This document shows positions 37,099 through 51,600 of a stretch of DNA of 64,000 nt, piece by piece (the first letter of the stretch is position 1; every line of letters begins with the position of its first letter). The notes under the pieces were generated by a model. The model saw only the letters and a program-made list of their open reading frames with translations, had not been told where the DNA came from and did no database searches. This DNA comes from Monosiga brevicollis MX1 (lineage: Eukaryota), in contig NW_001865085.1 of assembly GCF_000002865.3 (NCBI RefSeq), forward strand, positions 68,256 through 132,255. Direction: 5' to 3'. The position numbers were made by a program, and so were the translations under genes.

Positions 37099-37194
37099 GC
37101 CATGTCGCCATCTCGCCATCGGGCCATGTAGCCATGTATCCTGTAGCATGTTGTCCTGTAGTATTGTAGTCCTGTAATCTTGTAGCCATATAAT
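37099..37194. repeat. Degenerate 8-nt tandem repeat (about 12 units, GCCATGTA/CCTGTAGT-like)
   Basis: gccatgtc gccatctc gccatcgg gccatgta gccatgta ... cctgtagt attgtagt cctgtaat cttgtagc. Confidence 0.7.
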
Positions 37195-37270
37195 CATCGC
37201 CGCTACATTCTACAGCCACAGCCACCGCCATTGACCCTCCACGCCTCCCCTCCGCCATGCCCTTAGGCAG

Positions 37271-37272
<2 letters not shown>

Positions 37273-37323
<51 letters not shown>
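37273..37323. repeat. (CA)n microsatellite
   Basis: Direct observation. Confidence 0.97.
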
Positions 37324-37325
<2 letters not shown>

Positions 37326-37561
37326 AAGTTGCGACATCGAGAATGTCAGCAGCCACGAGGGTCAAGGTGCTAACATCATCAAGTGAATGCATCTCTGCAA
37401 TCAACGCTACATCATTTCTGTGCCTCTGTTTTAGACTCGAAAGTATACTCTTTCTCTGGGATCCCTTTATTTTTAACACTAGACTATTGTAGCTTTGGTT
37501 CATATCTCTGCCTATTGCACCTTCTGGCTTCGTCCCTCTAATCATCTTCTTTACCGCTCGA

Positions 37562-37563
<2 letters not shown>

Positions 37564-37636
<73 letters not shown>
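37564..37636. repeat. (CT)n microsatellite followed by a poly-T run
   Basis: Direct observation, about 200 nt upstream of the ABCF ATG. Confidence 0.97.
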
Positions 37637-37643
<7 letters not shown>

Positions 37644-37842
37644 TTTTTTCGTTTGTGGCGGAGGAGCTAAACGGCAGCCGGTGTAGACCTTGTGAGTCCG
37701 TTCCTCCGTTCTCATCCCTCACCCCTGCTTTGCGATCGTGCAGGGATAAGACAGACATATCACAAATGCACCCGGGGATGTGTACAAGCATTCAGATCGT
37801 AGTCTTACGTGTATGATGTGCGTGTCGCTTGTAGCTGGCATC

Positions 37843-40800
37843 ATGGCAGAACTCGACGAGGCCAGCTTGACCGAGGCCTTTGCAGCTGTTCTGCAACTGA
37901 GCGAGGATGATGACGCTTATGAAGTTGTCCCGTACATTGCCTCTATGGTTGCTGGAGACCAGGACATGCTCCTTGACGAGGAGACCTTTAATGAATCTCT
38001 GGGTGACATGCTGGTTCGTACGATCGCTCCCAGAGTTTTAAGACTTGCCCAAACGGACGAGCGACTTTCCACCGAGACAGCCATGCTCACCCAATCGCTG
38101 ACTCGACCCTCAGACTGGCTATGGTGTGTGTGAGGATGAAGATATGGTGCCCGCACTGTGCAACAAGCTCTTTCAGCGGGCTCGGACGATGGCTGGCGTG
38201 AATGGCGACAGCGCCAAACTCAAGGAAGACAAATCTGCCTCCGCCGGAGGAGTGCAGGTACTAAGCGCGCCCGTGGTCATGTCCCAGACGTCTGCTTCCA
38301 TCATCACCGAGGAAGAGGATGCCAGCGTCGTTGCCAAGCTGGGTCGGGCCCTGTACGCCAACAGCAAGGAGGGTCTGGCGCCCGACGTGGTGGTCAAGCA
38401 AACCGCCGCTCGCCGTAAGCTCGAGGCCAAGCGCCAGCGTGAGCTCGCAGCCATGCGTAATTGGCGTGATGATGCCGACGAAGAGAGTGCCCGCAAGGCC
38501 CTGGAAGTCTACCTCAAGGCCATTTCTACCCAGCCTCGCTTCACGGGTGACATTGTCATCAACGATGTCAACGTTAAGAAACCTTCCACGACCATCAACC
38601 TCCTCGAGGGTGGCCAGCTGCGCCTGATTCAGGGCCGCCGCTACGGTTTGATTGGTCGGAACGGTATCGGCAAGTCCACTCTTCTTCGTGCCATTGCCAG
38701 CTATGAGCTATCCGCCTTTCCCAAAACGCTCAAGGTTGTCCACGTCGCCCAGCACGTCAAGTCGAGCGACGAGCCGGTCATAAAGTACGTCATCCAAGCT
38801 GATCTCGAGCTCCAGTCTCTCCAACAAGAGGAGCAGGAGCTTCGGGCCAAGCTTGAACAAGCCGAGAGCTCGGGTGAGGACGGGCAGGTACTTCAAAACC
38901 GCATCCAGCAAATCTATGACCGGCTGAATGAAATGGAGTCCTTCTCAGCCGAAGGCCGTGCTGCCGAAATTCTCAAGGGTCTGCAAGTACGATCGCTCGG
39001 CTGCTTGAGCCCCCCCCCCCCCTTTTTTTTCTGGCTTGCTGATCTGTGTGGTCGTTTGGTCTCAAACCGCGCCCCCCTTGTCGCTCTCAAACGCCGGCTC
39101 ACCTCCGTTGTTGTACCTGCCCTGGCCCACGCTTGAAAATAGTTTACCGCCGACATGATGCAACAGCCCGTCTCTTCGCTCAGTGGTGGCTGGCGCCAAC
39201 GTGCCGGGCTAGCTGCGGCACTTTTTGTGGCCCCGGATCTGTTGGCACTGGACGAACCGACCAACCACTTGGATTTCACATCGGTGCTCTGGCTCCAGGA
39301 TTACTTGAAAAAGTACCCAAAGACCATCATCATCGTGTCGCACGATCGCATGTTCCTTAACGAGGTCGTGACCGATGTGGTCCTCTTTGCCAACAAGAAA
39401 CTGAGCTACTACAAGGGTGATTACGACTCTTTCGTCAAGGTTTGTTACGATTTTGCTTTTTTTTTTTTTTTTTTCTTTTTGCCATCCCAGGTCCCGCCTC
39501 GTGCTTCTCTGCGGCTCTGATCTAGCTAGCGTATTTTGGCAGGTTCGCCAAGAACAATACCTGGCCGCCAAGCGCGCGTACGAGGCCCAGCAGATGCAGC
39601 GTCAGCACATGCAAGAGTACATCGACAAGTTTTATAATGACAAGCGCTCCAGTGCCCAGGTTGGCATTTGCTCTTGCGCCAGCCCTTGCCGAGCGTCGTC
39701 CCATCATTCATGGGGCTGAACTCTGTCTGTAGGCTGCGCGTGTCAAGCAAGCCATGTCCAAGAAGAAGGCTCTCGAGAAGATGGAAGAGTTGCAGGATCC
39801 GGATGCGGACGTGGACGAGGACTCGCTCAAGCTTCGCTTCCCAGAACCCAGCCTTGTCAAAAAGAACCAACTCATTCAAGCCCAGGAGATTAGCTTTGGG
39901 TTCGTTTGCCTTTCGTTCTGCCGCAGTGGCTGCTCTTTGTTTTGGTGCCGTGCCAATGCAACAGACTTGCATTTAACGACGACGGCAAATTGCCTCCTTG
40001 CAGCTATGATGAGAACCGCCTCATTGTGCAAGATGTATCTTGCGCCATCGAGAAGGACAGCCGCATTGCCATTCTTGGTGTCAACGGCGCAGGTGCGGGA
40101 CATGCATCGGGCCTTTTTTAACCTACTGTTTGTCAAGCATGCCACGCAGACGTGAGTGACGGTCGCTAACCAACTGTACACCTTTAGGCAAATCCACGCT
40201 CCTGGGCCTTTTGTTGGAAGAGCTGGACCCAAGCAAGGGTACTGTCAGCGTTCTGGGTGGCATGCGTGTGGCCCTCTTTGCACAGCATCACGTGCAGCAG
40301 CTGCGTCTGGAAATCTCGCCCATTGAGCATCTCCGCGAGGAGTTTCCGGGCATGTCGGTTCAAGAATGTCGCAATTACCTTGGCTCTTTCGGTATTCGTG
40401 GCGAGACTGCAACCACTCAGGTACCCTTTGGCTCATGCCGCGATCCTTTGTGAGTTGACACGCGTTTTCTCATTCAGTTTGGTCGCATGCGCGAATTTTA
40501 GATTGGCTTTCTATCGGGTGGTCAGCGCTCTCGTGTTTCCTTGGCCACGCTCACTCAGCGCCAGCCCCATCTGATCGTTCTTGGTGCGTCGACACATTTG
40601 ATCTCCTTTGCACTCGGCTCTTTGCACTATCGCACCTTTGAGCGTGCCCACCCGATCGTTTTGGTTTTGCTCTTCTTGGCTTGGCCTCACCCTGACTTGC
40701 GACTGTGACGTTTATAGACGAGCCTACCAACCATCTGGACATGGAGACCATTGATGTGCTCATCGAGGCCATTGCCGTCTTCCCGGGTGCCGTGGTGGTC

Positions 40801-40920
40801 GTGAGCCACGACCAGTACTTTTTGACCCGAGTGGGCCGTGAATTCTGGAGTCTCTCCAAGGGCCACCTGAATGTTTTCCAAGAGTTGTCCGATGCCAAAA
40901 AGGCTTGCTACAAGCTTTGA
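37843..40920 (+). CDS. ABCF3: ABC-F family soluble ATPase, GCN20/ABCF3-like, about 9 exons
   Basis: Two nucleotide-binding domains and no TM segments: [37 protein letters not shown]; then [40 protein letters not shown]. Acidic helical N-terminus as in GCN20. Confidence 0.92.
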
Positions 40921-41102
40921 GCATCTCCATCGAAATTGATTAGACTGCCTCTTTTCTCGCGACATCTTCTGCACGCTCATCCCGGGTCATCAGAGCGCGC
41001 TTCTTTTGCCGAGAACTGTTCCGACGTCAGCACTCCATGTCAAAACTCTCTTGATGTGGTCGTTGTGCTATTTCTGTATCTCAGCTCAAACCAATTCATT
41101 TA

Positions 41103-41138
41103 ACACACACACACACTCTCTCTCTCTCTCTCTCTCTC
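41103..41138. repeat. (CA)n(CT)n microsatellite
   Basis: Direct observation. Confidence 0.9.
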
Positions 41139-41188
41139 ATTTTTTGGGTGAAATGTTGACTCAAAAACTCAAAAAAGCATCGTCAGTC

Positions 41189-41577
41189 ATGAACGATGTC
41201 ACGCCGATTGAGGTGGCGGTGGCCGAGGTGGAGCAGCTGCGGCTCTGGCTGGTGGCGGGCACGGGCTTGGTATTGGTGTTGTTTGGAAGCATCATGACTT
41301 GGATTCGCGTGGCGTTGGCCTTGACAGCCCTGTATTACCTTCGCCCCTTGCCCGGGTACGTGCGTCGTGGCGCTGCCCGGCCTTTGGCACCCAGACCTTG
41401 AGGCTCCGGCGCCCACTGCGATGCTGATCGATCATGCATCTGGCCTGTTTGTGGTGACTAGGGAGCTCTCACAGGCACGCGTCAAGAGCGATGTCACAGA
41501 TCTCACCATGCAGCATCAAGAAACCACAATGCCAATGCTGCAGGGCCGCTCATTCTTTCGACGTGCTCTGCGCGTAG
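41189..41577 (+). CDS. Possible small orphan membrane protein (exon structure uncertain)
   Basis: ATG 41189, hydrophobic stretch LWLVAGTGLVLVLFGSIMTWIRVALALTALYYL, GTACG donor at 41356 and a plausible CACAG acceptor at 41474. No family recognised. Confidence 0.3.
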
Positions 41578-42692
41578 TGGCTCGCGGCCTCGTCTCGGCA
41601 GGATTCTCCAGTACGTTGACAGACCTTGCCACAATGTCCCATTGGATTCCTCATTAAACTCATGCTGTTCCATCGGCAATGCTCGATCCGGGGGATGCCT
41701 GGCGTGCATCACTAGTTTCCAGCCTCAAGCTTCACTTTGTCGACTGCTTCATCTTCCACGTGCGTGCTGCAACCGCGCTAGCCTTGTCGCACACCCATCT
41801 GCTCGTCTAAATCCTCTGACCAAGAGCCGGTTGCCAATAGGTATGCCTGGTGTCCCTTCGTGACAGCGATGGCCAAAGAATGATGGTTACCCAGTACATT
41901 GGCATTATCAAGCACTGGTTCAACCCCCAAGTCTTGCTGGCAACTGATGTAGCGTCTCAAAACAGGCGCGCGAGTCAGCCAAGCTGAGTCGATCCTTACC
42001 CCTGTCTATACAACAAAGCAAGAAGTACGTTGCCCTACCCCCGCGTACCGCCCGCCTCAGTAAGGATTGCATCGGGACAAGCTCTGCCGCTGCCTCTTTC
42101 CGCGTGTTTCGCTCCGGTCAAGAAGTGCCAGTGTCCAAACGAAACTGCCTCCTCTGCACATTCAACGGCCACGTGTGCTTGGCACAATTGTGCCCTGACG
42201 TTAACGACGACTGTGTCGTTTAAAACTTGATTCACACGCAATAAAAGAGGAAACCCCGAAGGAAGAGAGAAAAACAAAAAAAAAAAAAAAAAGCTAATTG
42301 AAAGATCAAAAAGAGCAACAGCCTCCACACATCGCCCCCAGTGTCGTCCATAGCCACAAGGCTAGCAGAAAACGGCTTTTTTTTTGCACGTCGTTCGATC
42401 TGCAGTTCCAAGCCCCTGAGAGCGCTGGATAGGCTTTCGAGACACCGAATCGCAGAAGTGTCAGTGTACCACACAACTCAAAATCCAAATAATACAATAT
42501 CTGTGAGGACGGTGGAGTGTTTGCAAAGATGGTCTCACAACACCCCATCGCCCCCCTCTCGTGCACCCCTCAAGTAATGAAAGACGCGAGGCAGAAGAGC
42601 AACCCAAGACGAAAAGAAAAGAAAATTAGAAATAGAAAACTAACGAAAGAAAAGAAGAAAAAAAAGGGGGGGGGCAGTGTTGTCTAAGCTTC

Positions 42693-45600
42693 CTAAACTG
42701 GTCCGTCCAATAGCATGCCCAGCAGCGTCACGTAGGCCTTATACACAAACAAGTATTGTTCCTAAAACAAGCAACAAGCGCATCAGTGAACGACACCGCT
42801 ATGACATATGTTTCCAGTAAAAAGGCAAGGGACTGACCGAGGTTTGCACCACAGAGGGATGGCGCTGCTCACGCAACTTTTGCACAATTTCTTTCACGGG
42901 AATGCTCTATTCCACAGCAAGGTGAGCAAAAAAACACCAATGTTAGGGAGTTAAAACCAGGCACCATCCGCGCTGGAGCAGAAGCGCAAGATGCGTGCAA
43001 GCGTATAGGCAAGCTCGCACCGTGTACTCAAAGTGCTCGCGCGCTACCACGTCCAATGCACGGAGTGGGAGGGTCAGAGCCAGCAGGACGGTGTACAATG
43101 TAACAAACACGCCAGAGCGGCCAATGCCCGCACTACAGTGAACGGCCATGGGCCCCGCGTCGCTCGTCTAAAGGGAAAGAGGAAATTAAAGAATAAGATC
43201 GGAATGCAAATGACTGACGGCCGTCACCGTACCCGGGCCTCGCACTTACCTGGAACAAAGCCACCTCGCGCAACATTTGCACCATCTGAGCAGCGGAACT
43301 GGGCACGCCGTGATCTGGCCAGTCAATAAATTGAAAGTGCATCACCTCTCGCGATGCCCCCGAAGCACTGTCGTGCACTTGAAGGGTCGACACATTGAAG
43401 CCGCTTTTCTTCACCACACCCAAGTTCTCGATCGTAAAGTTGCGCGCAGTCACTTTCTTGCGCTTGCGCACGGGCCAGTAGCGATGGCATTTGATATGGC
43501 CCTTTTCTTTTTCCGAAGTCACCATGACAATGACGCGAGTATCCTGCTCCCACACCATCTGCCACATGTCTGCGCAAGTCTCAGGCAGCGGGCCTTGGCA
43601 CAAAATGGCTTGATGACGATTTTCTCCGGGCGCGACCGGTAGCTGCACCAGGTTGGCGTTGATGTAACCCTCAGCCCCCAGCTTGACGCGAGTCTCATCG
43701 CAAGGAAGAATGTCACGGTATCGGTTGGCTGCCATGTGTGACTGACCCACACGAGTGGTCAACTGCGGTCGCATGTTGTTCAGCTCCGTGTACTCGTCGG
43801 CTGGCTGTTGCTGCTGCATGGCGTCCAGCAGAGCAATTTTCAGCAACTCCCACTTGCGGGCCTGAGCACTAGAGTAGTCGACAGAGGCGAGAAGTCGCTG
43901 TCGCCGTGCCTCGTATGCTTCGTCAACTCCGTCTTCCACCTCGTCCTCCTGATCCGTTGCCTCATCGGCGCCGGCCGCACTGGGACTTGGTGCCTTATCC
44001 ACGGGAGGTGCTGCACTGGATGGGAGCTTTATGCCCGCACCATTCCGGCGAGGGGGGGTGTCGGGGCGCAGGCTGCCATTGAGATCCATCAGTACCCGGC
44101 GAACAAGACGCATACGCACCAGGCCGCTAGCAGAAGACAACGCGTCGATAATCTCGCGAGGCTTTTTACCCGCCAACGCTTGACCATTAACGCTGACCAA
44201 AATATCGCCTGCGCGCAACGTTCCGGCACGTTCAGCGGCCCCACCAGCGCAGACCTCTTTGATTGAGACCACCTGAGAACCGGTTGTGTCATCGCGTTGT
44301 GCTTGAAAGCGCAAGCCCAGTCCGCCGTCCTGGGTCTTGTCCAATACGACGTCAAACTCGTCGTCCTTGTCCACCGCGAGCGGTGCAGCAGGGGCCACGC
44401 TGGGCATCGCGCCTTTCACAACCTCTTGGCCTGGCGTTGGCGCTGGTCCCATGGGCATGGATCGTTCACTGCTGCCACCGTCGGATTCGGCCGACAAAGC
44501 TGGCGAAGCCGGACCAAATCGGGAGCCACCGCTGCCTTCGTGCAGCTCACTGGCAGAAGAACGTAATCTCAGGCGATGCCGAAGGTGCTCGCTTGCCTCA
44601 TTCATAACGGGGGACTGGCCCTCTTCGCGCGACACGTCGGGTCGAGAGCTGATTTGAGCCTTGGGCTTGGCGAGGTTAGAAGTGGCAGGGCGCAAAGCCA
44701 CGTCAGCCTGTTCGAGGGTGCCGGACGCACCTGAAGGCCCGACACCGTTCACAGCCGGGGCTGTGGTGCCTTTTGTCGAGTTGCTGTCACTGTCCCGCGT
44801 TTTCTTGAGCCGCGCCGCTGATGCAGCATCTGGGCGAATGAACCGGATGCGAAGTTGACCCTTGTGCTCCTTGATGACCTTGAGTAGATCTGGGCGGTCC
44901 ATTAAACGGACGTCGTGTCCGTTGACTTCGAGCAGCACATCGTGTCGTGACAAACCACCCAGGGCTGCAGGCGTCATGGGTGATACCTTTTTCACATAAA
45001 TGGGACGATCCCCGCCACCAGCGATGGAGAAGCCGAACGTGACTCCACTGCGCAACGTTGTCTCAAAGATGTTGCCGGAAATTTCCTCATATAGTGCCTC
45101 TCGATTTACTGGCTCGAGCTCAGACACGGATCCCGGGACGGGCTCGGGGACGGGCTCGGGGACGGGCTCGGTGGGAGGAACGGGCAGGCTTTCCGTCGGC
45201 GGACCATCCTCGCCCATGGACGTATCTGCTGCTGCAGGCTGAAGTGTTGCATTTGGCTGAGGCGCGGCTTCGGGCAACGCAGCAGCGGACGCTGCCATCC
45301 TGTCTGGAGCAGCTGATGCATCAAACGTGGCCTCCGTGGCTGTTGTGTCATCTGCACTGGAGGACGGAGGGGGCGGTAGGTGGACTACGGGACGAGTATC
45401 AGTTTTTGCTGCAATGTGACCATCTGTGGGCGGTGCTTGACTTGGCAGGCTGGGCAAGTCCATATCCATCTCTGCGTCATCGGAGTCCAAACCCTGCTCT
45501 GGTGCAGTCATTGTTGTACCGCGCGGCACAGCCGCGAACACGGGCTCGGCTTCAACTTTAAGCATTGGCTCCACACGGGGCACATCGTGGTGCGGCTCAG

Positions 45601-48600
45601 CTGCGCCACCAGCCTCTGGCAGGCGTTGCGTTTCCACCGGGCTATCTGCCCTGTCCTGGTCATTGGCATCCTCAACAGGCGCAACCACTGCCTGCTCCTC
45701 CTGCACTTGCACCTTTTGTTTGTTCTGTTCCTCTTGGTGCTCCTGTTCTTCTTGCTCATCGATGGTGGCCGACTGCTTGGAGAGCATGGGTCGCAAACGA
45801 GGGCGATCTTTGCCTGGCGCGGCTGACGGGGTGTCAGTGTTTTTGGTAGAAGTGCGCGTCCCAGATGTGAGAGCAGCTGATTTTGCTGTCCTGGACTCGG
45901 GGGAGGAGGCTGCGTGGTCAGCCGCTTGTCGGGCCTTGTCTGCTGCAGCTTTTGGCAAAACGCAAAAGGTAGATTCGTGGGGTAGACTGCGCAAAACGTT
46001 CAGGGCGTGTTCGTACGAGCTGCGATCCAAAGGTGTACGGTTGGCAGCCAGGATGACATCGCCCACTTGGATGGTGCCCTCGTGAAAAGCCGGACTATCC
46101 GTCACAATCTTTTCCACACGAATTGGCTGTGGCGGCGTCTTGTCTGCACCGCCACCAATGGTGATACCAAAGCCTCGAGACCGGCGAAGAGTGACATACA
46201 CGGCCTCGGCGGGCACGGCAAGGTTCATGGGCAGGCCAGGCGTAGGATCGCTGTCGGGGCGCGGGGGCAGCGTAGCGCGAGTCTTCCCCAATGCCCCCGA
46301 CTTGCCCGCTGCTGCCTTCAGACGAGTCCACTCGGCTGGCGCAACGCGTTGAGTGCGAAGCAGGATCGGATTGGAGGCTTGTTTCAGGGCCTCGAGGGCT
46401 TCAGCATGGGTCATCCCGGAAAAGTCCACATCACCAATCTGAAGAAGGCGGTCGCTTGGCTGCAAGCCTGCCTTGGCTGCCGGGGTTTGAGCACGAACCT
46501 CTTGCACGAAGATGCCACCCAAGCCAAGATCTACGCCTCCGGCCACGACCACTCCCAACCCGAGCCGACCACGGTGGAGAGAAACAATTCGGCACACACC
46601 TGTCGTCGAGTGCACGTCCCCGAATGAGGGATCCAGTGGCACGACAGCGGCCTCATCCTCTGAAACTCCCCGGGACAGAGTGGTGTGAGCAGCCGTGATG
46701 ACGGGTGAAGCCAGCAGTGACTTGCCAGAGGGCAAGATGGGCAGGCGCCGCGCCCCAGAGCCGGAGCCTTGCGAGACAGAGGCTGCCCGAGCGCTCAGAC
46801 TGGGCGTGTCCTGGACGTGACTTGGTGCTGGCAGCGTGCGGCGTCGTTCTATTGGCGATCCTGATGGGGAAGTGTTGTCCCTCTCACCTGCAGCATCGGT
46901 AGCCGAGTGCTCGTTGACGGCTGCCAGCTTGGGACTGGCACTTCTGCTTTCATGCTCGGGAATAGTTGCTGCCCCTGACGGGCGGCGGCTGGACGGACGC
47001 ACGGGCGTGGTGGGCATGCTCGAGCTCGCGTCCGAATCAAAGGACTGCAGACTGGACGTGGACTGTCGGGCGGCGCGTGGCCGAATATCCAGAGTGACCT
47101 GACTGCGAGTGTTGCTCAAAACCTGAAGCGCTTGCGTTGGCGTCAAGCCCTCAAGCGAACGACCATCTACGGCCACGATGTGATCGCCCACGGCCAAACC
47201 AGCTGCATCCGCCTTGGTTCCGGCGTGCACCTTGCCCACCAAAATTCGGCTTTTCGGATCCTTCTTCTTTGTGGTGATACTAAAACCGAGCCCTGTCTTG
47301 GTCGATTTGGCGATTTCAACTCGCTGCACGCCGGCCTCGGGTGGTTTGAGCTCGACCTTGGCCGCAGGTACCACCGCATCGGCTGTTTGCGGTGCCGTGT
47401 CTTCCTGCTGAGCCATGACGGCCGGGTCTAGGCGACTCGGCTGACCGGTAAGCTCACCCGTGCTTTGACGCCGCGAAGATCGATGGAGGCTGCGAGGAGA
47501 AATGGTGAGATTGACCACATCTTCCGTGTCTCGTAAGAGCTGGATGACCTCAGCGTGGGTCAAATCAGCCAGTGACTTGCCGTTGACAGCAAGGATGCGG
47601 TCTTTGCGTTTGATACGCCCATCGCGGGCTGCGGCACTGTCGGGACGCAAGTCGCTGACGACCCCACCACCACGAATGCTCAAGCCCAGTCCCTCGTTGG
47701 GTCGCTTCTCAAGGCGGATATTAAAGGCATGCAAGCTCTGGCGCTGCTCGTTGGGTGGCACGGCTGCCAAAGCACGTTCCCGAGCCGCCTTGGCCCGTTC
47801 ATACAAAGCTGCAGCCTCGAGTGGATCTTGCACGATGCGACCTGCTTCAGTCGCTGGCCCGCGCTGAGGTTGTGGGGTAGTATAAGGCATAGCCGGCACG
47901 CTCGACGCTGCTGATGCCTCCTGCTCTGTGCCGGAGATGGAGCCGTCGGGACTCTGAAGATCCACCAGCGTTGATTGAGTCCCATGCCGTGGGAGCTGTG
48001 CTTGCAATGCTGCCATCACTGCATCGGGTGAAACGCCTGCGGGCTCGGGCCGTGGCGGGCTGGAGTGATCCCCCAGAGCCGAAGCAAAACTCGTGCGCGG
48101 TGCTGCCACAGACGCAAAGCTCGTGCGCGGTGCTGCCAGGCCATCTGGAGCCAACAAAAGGTCGTCATACTCCTCATAACCCTGATCACGCGTGGCACGT
48201 TGTATGGCACGGCGCGACTTGGCTTGTTGTGTGTTCGTACGAGGTCGGGTTGGCTCTGTTATGGGCGCAGTTGTTGGCCTGAGATGCGAGGGGTTGGCGG
48301 ACTGCGCTTCGTCCCCAGCCAGCACGTCTGGCTCGTGGACGCTAACGTTTGTGCCCATTGCGGGCGCCGTGACTGCGTCAACACGCTCCTCATTCTCGTC
48401 CTCATACTCGCTCCCGGCGTCCTCGACGAATGCGGGCGAAGACGCGGCTTCCTCAGCCAGGGTGTGGCGCATGACTACTGCGGCATTATCCTTGGCCGGT
48501 TCGTCCTGGGAGTCCCAGGACGAGTGCAAGACGTCATTTGTGAGGGGGGTAACGTCCGTCTGCGCTGCTTGTTTTGAGGTCTGTGGTTGCAACTGCAAGA

Positions 48601-51600
48601 GCGCGGGCGCTGGATAGACAGCAGAACGGGCTTGCATCGCCGCGGGGGCCGTTGCGGTCCGCTCCTGGGCAACAACGTCGTGGTTGGCATCAGGTTGCTC
48701 ATCAAAGCCAAAGCGTTCCGCACGGTTTGCGTCCAGTTCGACGGGGGTGCGCGGCGCGTGCTGGTCTGGGCCGAAGGACAAGGGGGTCGGACGCTCAGTA
48801 GTCTTGCGGCGATGCTCCGAGACCGAACGCACCGAGTCGTCGACGCGAACGTTGGGATCAAGCATGCTAATGGGACGAGCACCGCTGCTGCTGCTGCTGC
48901 TGCCGACCGCTGCGGCATAGCGCTGACGCATCATAAAGTGGAACTTGTGATAAGCTTTGCACCGGTGCTGGAGGTAAGCGGCCTTCTCCTGGGTGTCCGC
49001 GGAGACGGTGTGGCGCTGTTTGCCCTCGCCCTTGAGCATGATGGTAAGCTTGCGATTGCGCAGGCTTAAACTCTCAATGTTGGACCACGCAAACTTGACC
49101 GGATTCTGTTTGCGGTCGTTGAGGTCTTCGTAGATGATGATGCCGCGTGAGTTTATACCAATGAGCAGGGGCATGCGACGGCGGTACCGAACACCCGCAA
49201 CCGCATAGTAGAGTACGCCATAGTCGTGCAGCTTTTGAGCAAGCTTGAGGTATTCCGTTTCTGCGCGAACGGGAGACATGTCTTTGAGCTTCCGGTGTTG
49301 GCCCGGCATCTCGCGTTCCAGGATGGCGACGGTCATGTTGACGACCGTTTGCTCGGGAAAAAAGTCGTAGACATGGAAGTAGCGACCGACATGAGTGGTG
49401 GGATCATAGTCACCATACTCGGCTTGCATGGCAAAAGCGCTTAATTGAACCGCCGCTTGGTCCGTGGTTGCAAGGGTGCCCTGAATTACGTCGCGCTTGA
49501 GCTGAAGGTAGTAGAGATGGCGCGTTTCGGCCAAGGAGAGGACCGAGACGTTTTCCACATAGAATTCAACGCGAAATTGCACGTCCAGGATGGTAGGCTC
49601 GGAGCTGCTGAGCGAGTAAAAGTTTTTGCTCTCGCGACGCTTGGGTGTTGTGGGAAAGTAAGACACAACGTAGCGTTCCATGTCGAGAAACTCGACTTCG
49701 CCTGCAGCAGGGGGCGAGAGAGGCATCACTCAACCACGGGTCAACACCATTCAAAGGTGAAAGAGCGCTAGGACGTACGTGTATGCATGAGAGCAAGGCC
49801 AAAGAAAGCAGTTTCGTGAAGGCCTATCTCGTTGACCACATGACGAAAGACATCGCGAACAAAGGTGTCGACGTGTACGGGGCGCATTAGAACCTCGCCG
49901 TTAAGAAGATGAACCTTGACAAAACGCGTGCTTTGTTCTGCAAAGCACAAGCGTCCAAAGCGAAGCAGAGTAGTGACCGGTGAGTCAGAGGCAAACCATG
50001 TAGGCTAGTGGAGACAGGGTGGCCGCACATCATACCCATGAGACGGTTTTGAGCGTGCTGGCGGTGAGCGTCACGGTGCATTTCATGACGCAGGTTTGAG
50101 GCCGTGCGCTGAATTGCAGCGTTGCTGTGCAAGGAGGCAGGGCTGCCGTAGGCACTGGGGCCACCATGGTGGTACAGCGTGCGTCGCGGGGAGATCCCGA
50201 CGGCCATGGGCGAGTTCCGCAAAGAGGTGGTGTGGCCCCCTGGGCCTGGATGCTGAGGAGTGGATGCGGCATGGTGCATTGATGCAGGGCTCACGGTATT
50301 GGACAGAATGGCACCGTTCAGACGATGCACTGTTCCAGCGCTTGCGGGGGCGTGTGGCTCGCCCATGTAGACTTTGTGTGGTGTGCTGCTCTCAAGGGTC
50401 GTCGGCAAGCGGCGGAGAGACAAAGAGGCAAACAACTGTGCCAGCGTTTCCGAGTAGGAACGAACATCCGGAGATATGCGGTGCAAACGCACGCGGCGTC
50501 GCATTGTATCAAACCTGACCCGAGTGCCAAGAAAAAGTTGAATCAGCATCAGGCGGGCAGGATAGCTGGAATGGATGACGGTGAGCACCATTTGATCAAA
50601 TCTTACGGAATGCGGTGACGAGGGTCGTCCTCTGTCATGGAAGTGACAAGTTCTTCCAAATTGGCAGACATCTTCGTGGTACGTCAAATACACCATTCGT
50701 ATTTCAAGTAAGCACATGGCCGTGGCGCAGCAAGGGCCCACGTTGGTGGCAGGTACGGATACATTGTGGAGACGGGCAGATGCACGGACCGAGGGTTCGG
50801 CGTTCATAGGAAGATTATGGTCGGCCATGAAGAAGAGCACCACGCCAAGCGAATAGGTGTGCGTCTATCCGCGTGACGGGGGCGAGAAACGCTGAGCAAA
50901 TCGTAGGCTATTGGACCCGTCGATGATGAACAAGGGTGACAAGAAAAACACGTACGTGAATGACGGCGCGGGAGCTAGCCGTGGGAGCCAGAGACCCGCG
51001 CTCGGGGGCCTCAAAGCTGGCTGCACCGGCATCTGTCACATAACCTTGCATGAGGTCGGTCATTGGTAAAGGGAGAGGGCGGAAGCGCCAAGCGAAGAAG
51101 CAAAACAAAAAGGAAAAAAGAAAAACAGGGTTTGAGTGTTCAGCAGTCTATGACGCACGTTGCTTTGACTCTGAGAAGCGAACTTCGCCAGTGTCACTCA
51201 GGCCTAAATGGTCAGGGAGGGGGCGAGGTAGAGTCGCAGAACCATGCGGAGGCGAAGAGTGAGCTCATGATAGCACGTGAGAAGGGAGTGTGTTGGTGGA
51301 TGTGCACAATTTGGGTTGAGAAAAATAGTTGCAGGAAGGAGGGGAAACATACATAAAGTAGAGAGGTTGATGTGCAAACGCAAGCGATCACGCTCGTCCA
51401 AATCTTGCAGGGCCACAAGGGCTTGTCCCAAGATGGCCCAGAGCTGCAATTTCACATCCAATGGGACACAGCCACAAACGGGGCATGTGAGTTGGGCACT
51501 GACTGGTGCGCAGCCAGCGCGGGAAGGTGGACCAGGTGGACGGGTAGGAACCAATCACAGAAGGATAAGGACCAGGGGAGGAGTGACCAGGCACCAGAGG

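Noticed and set aside
37099..37194. Short periodic repeat as a CRISPR-like array
   Set aside because: 8-nt units without spacers, eukaryotic context and no cas genes.
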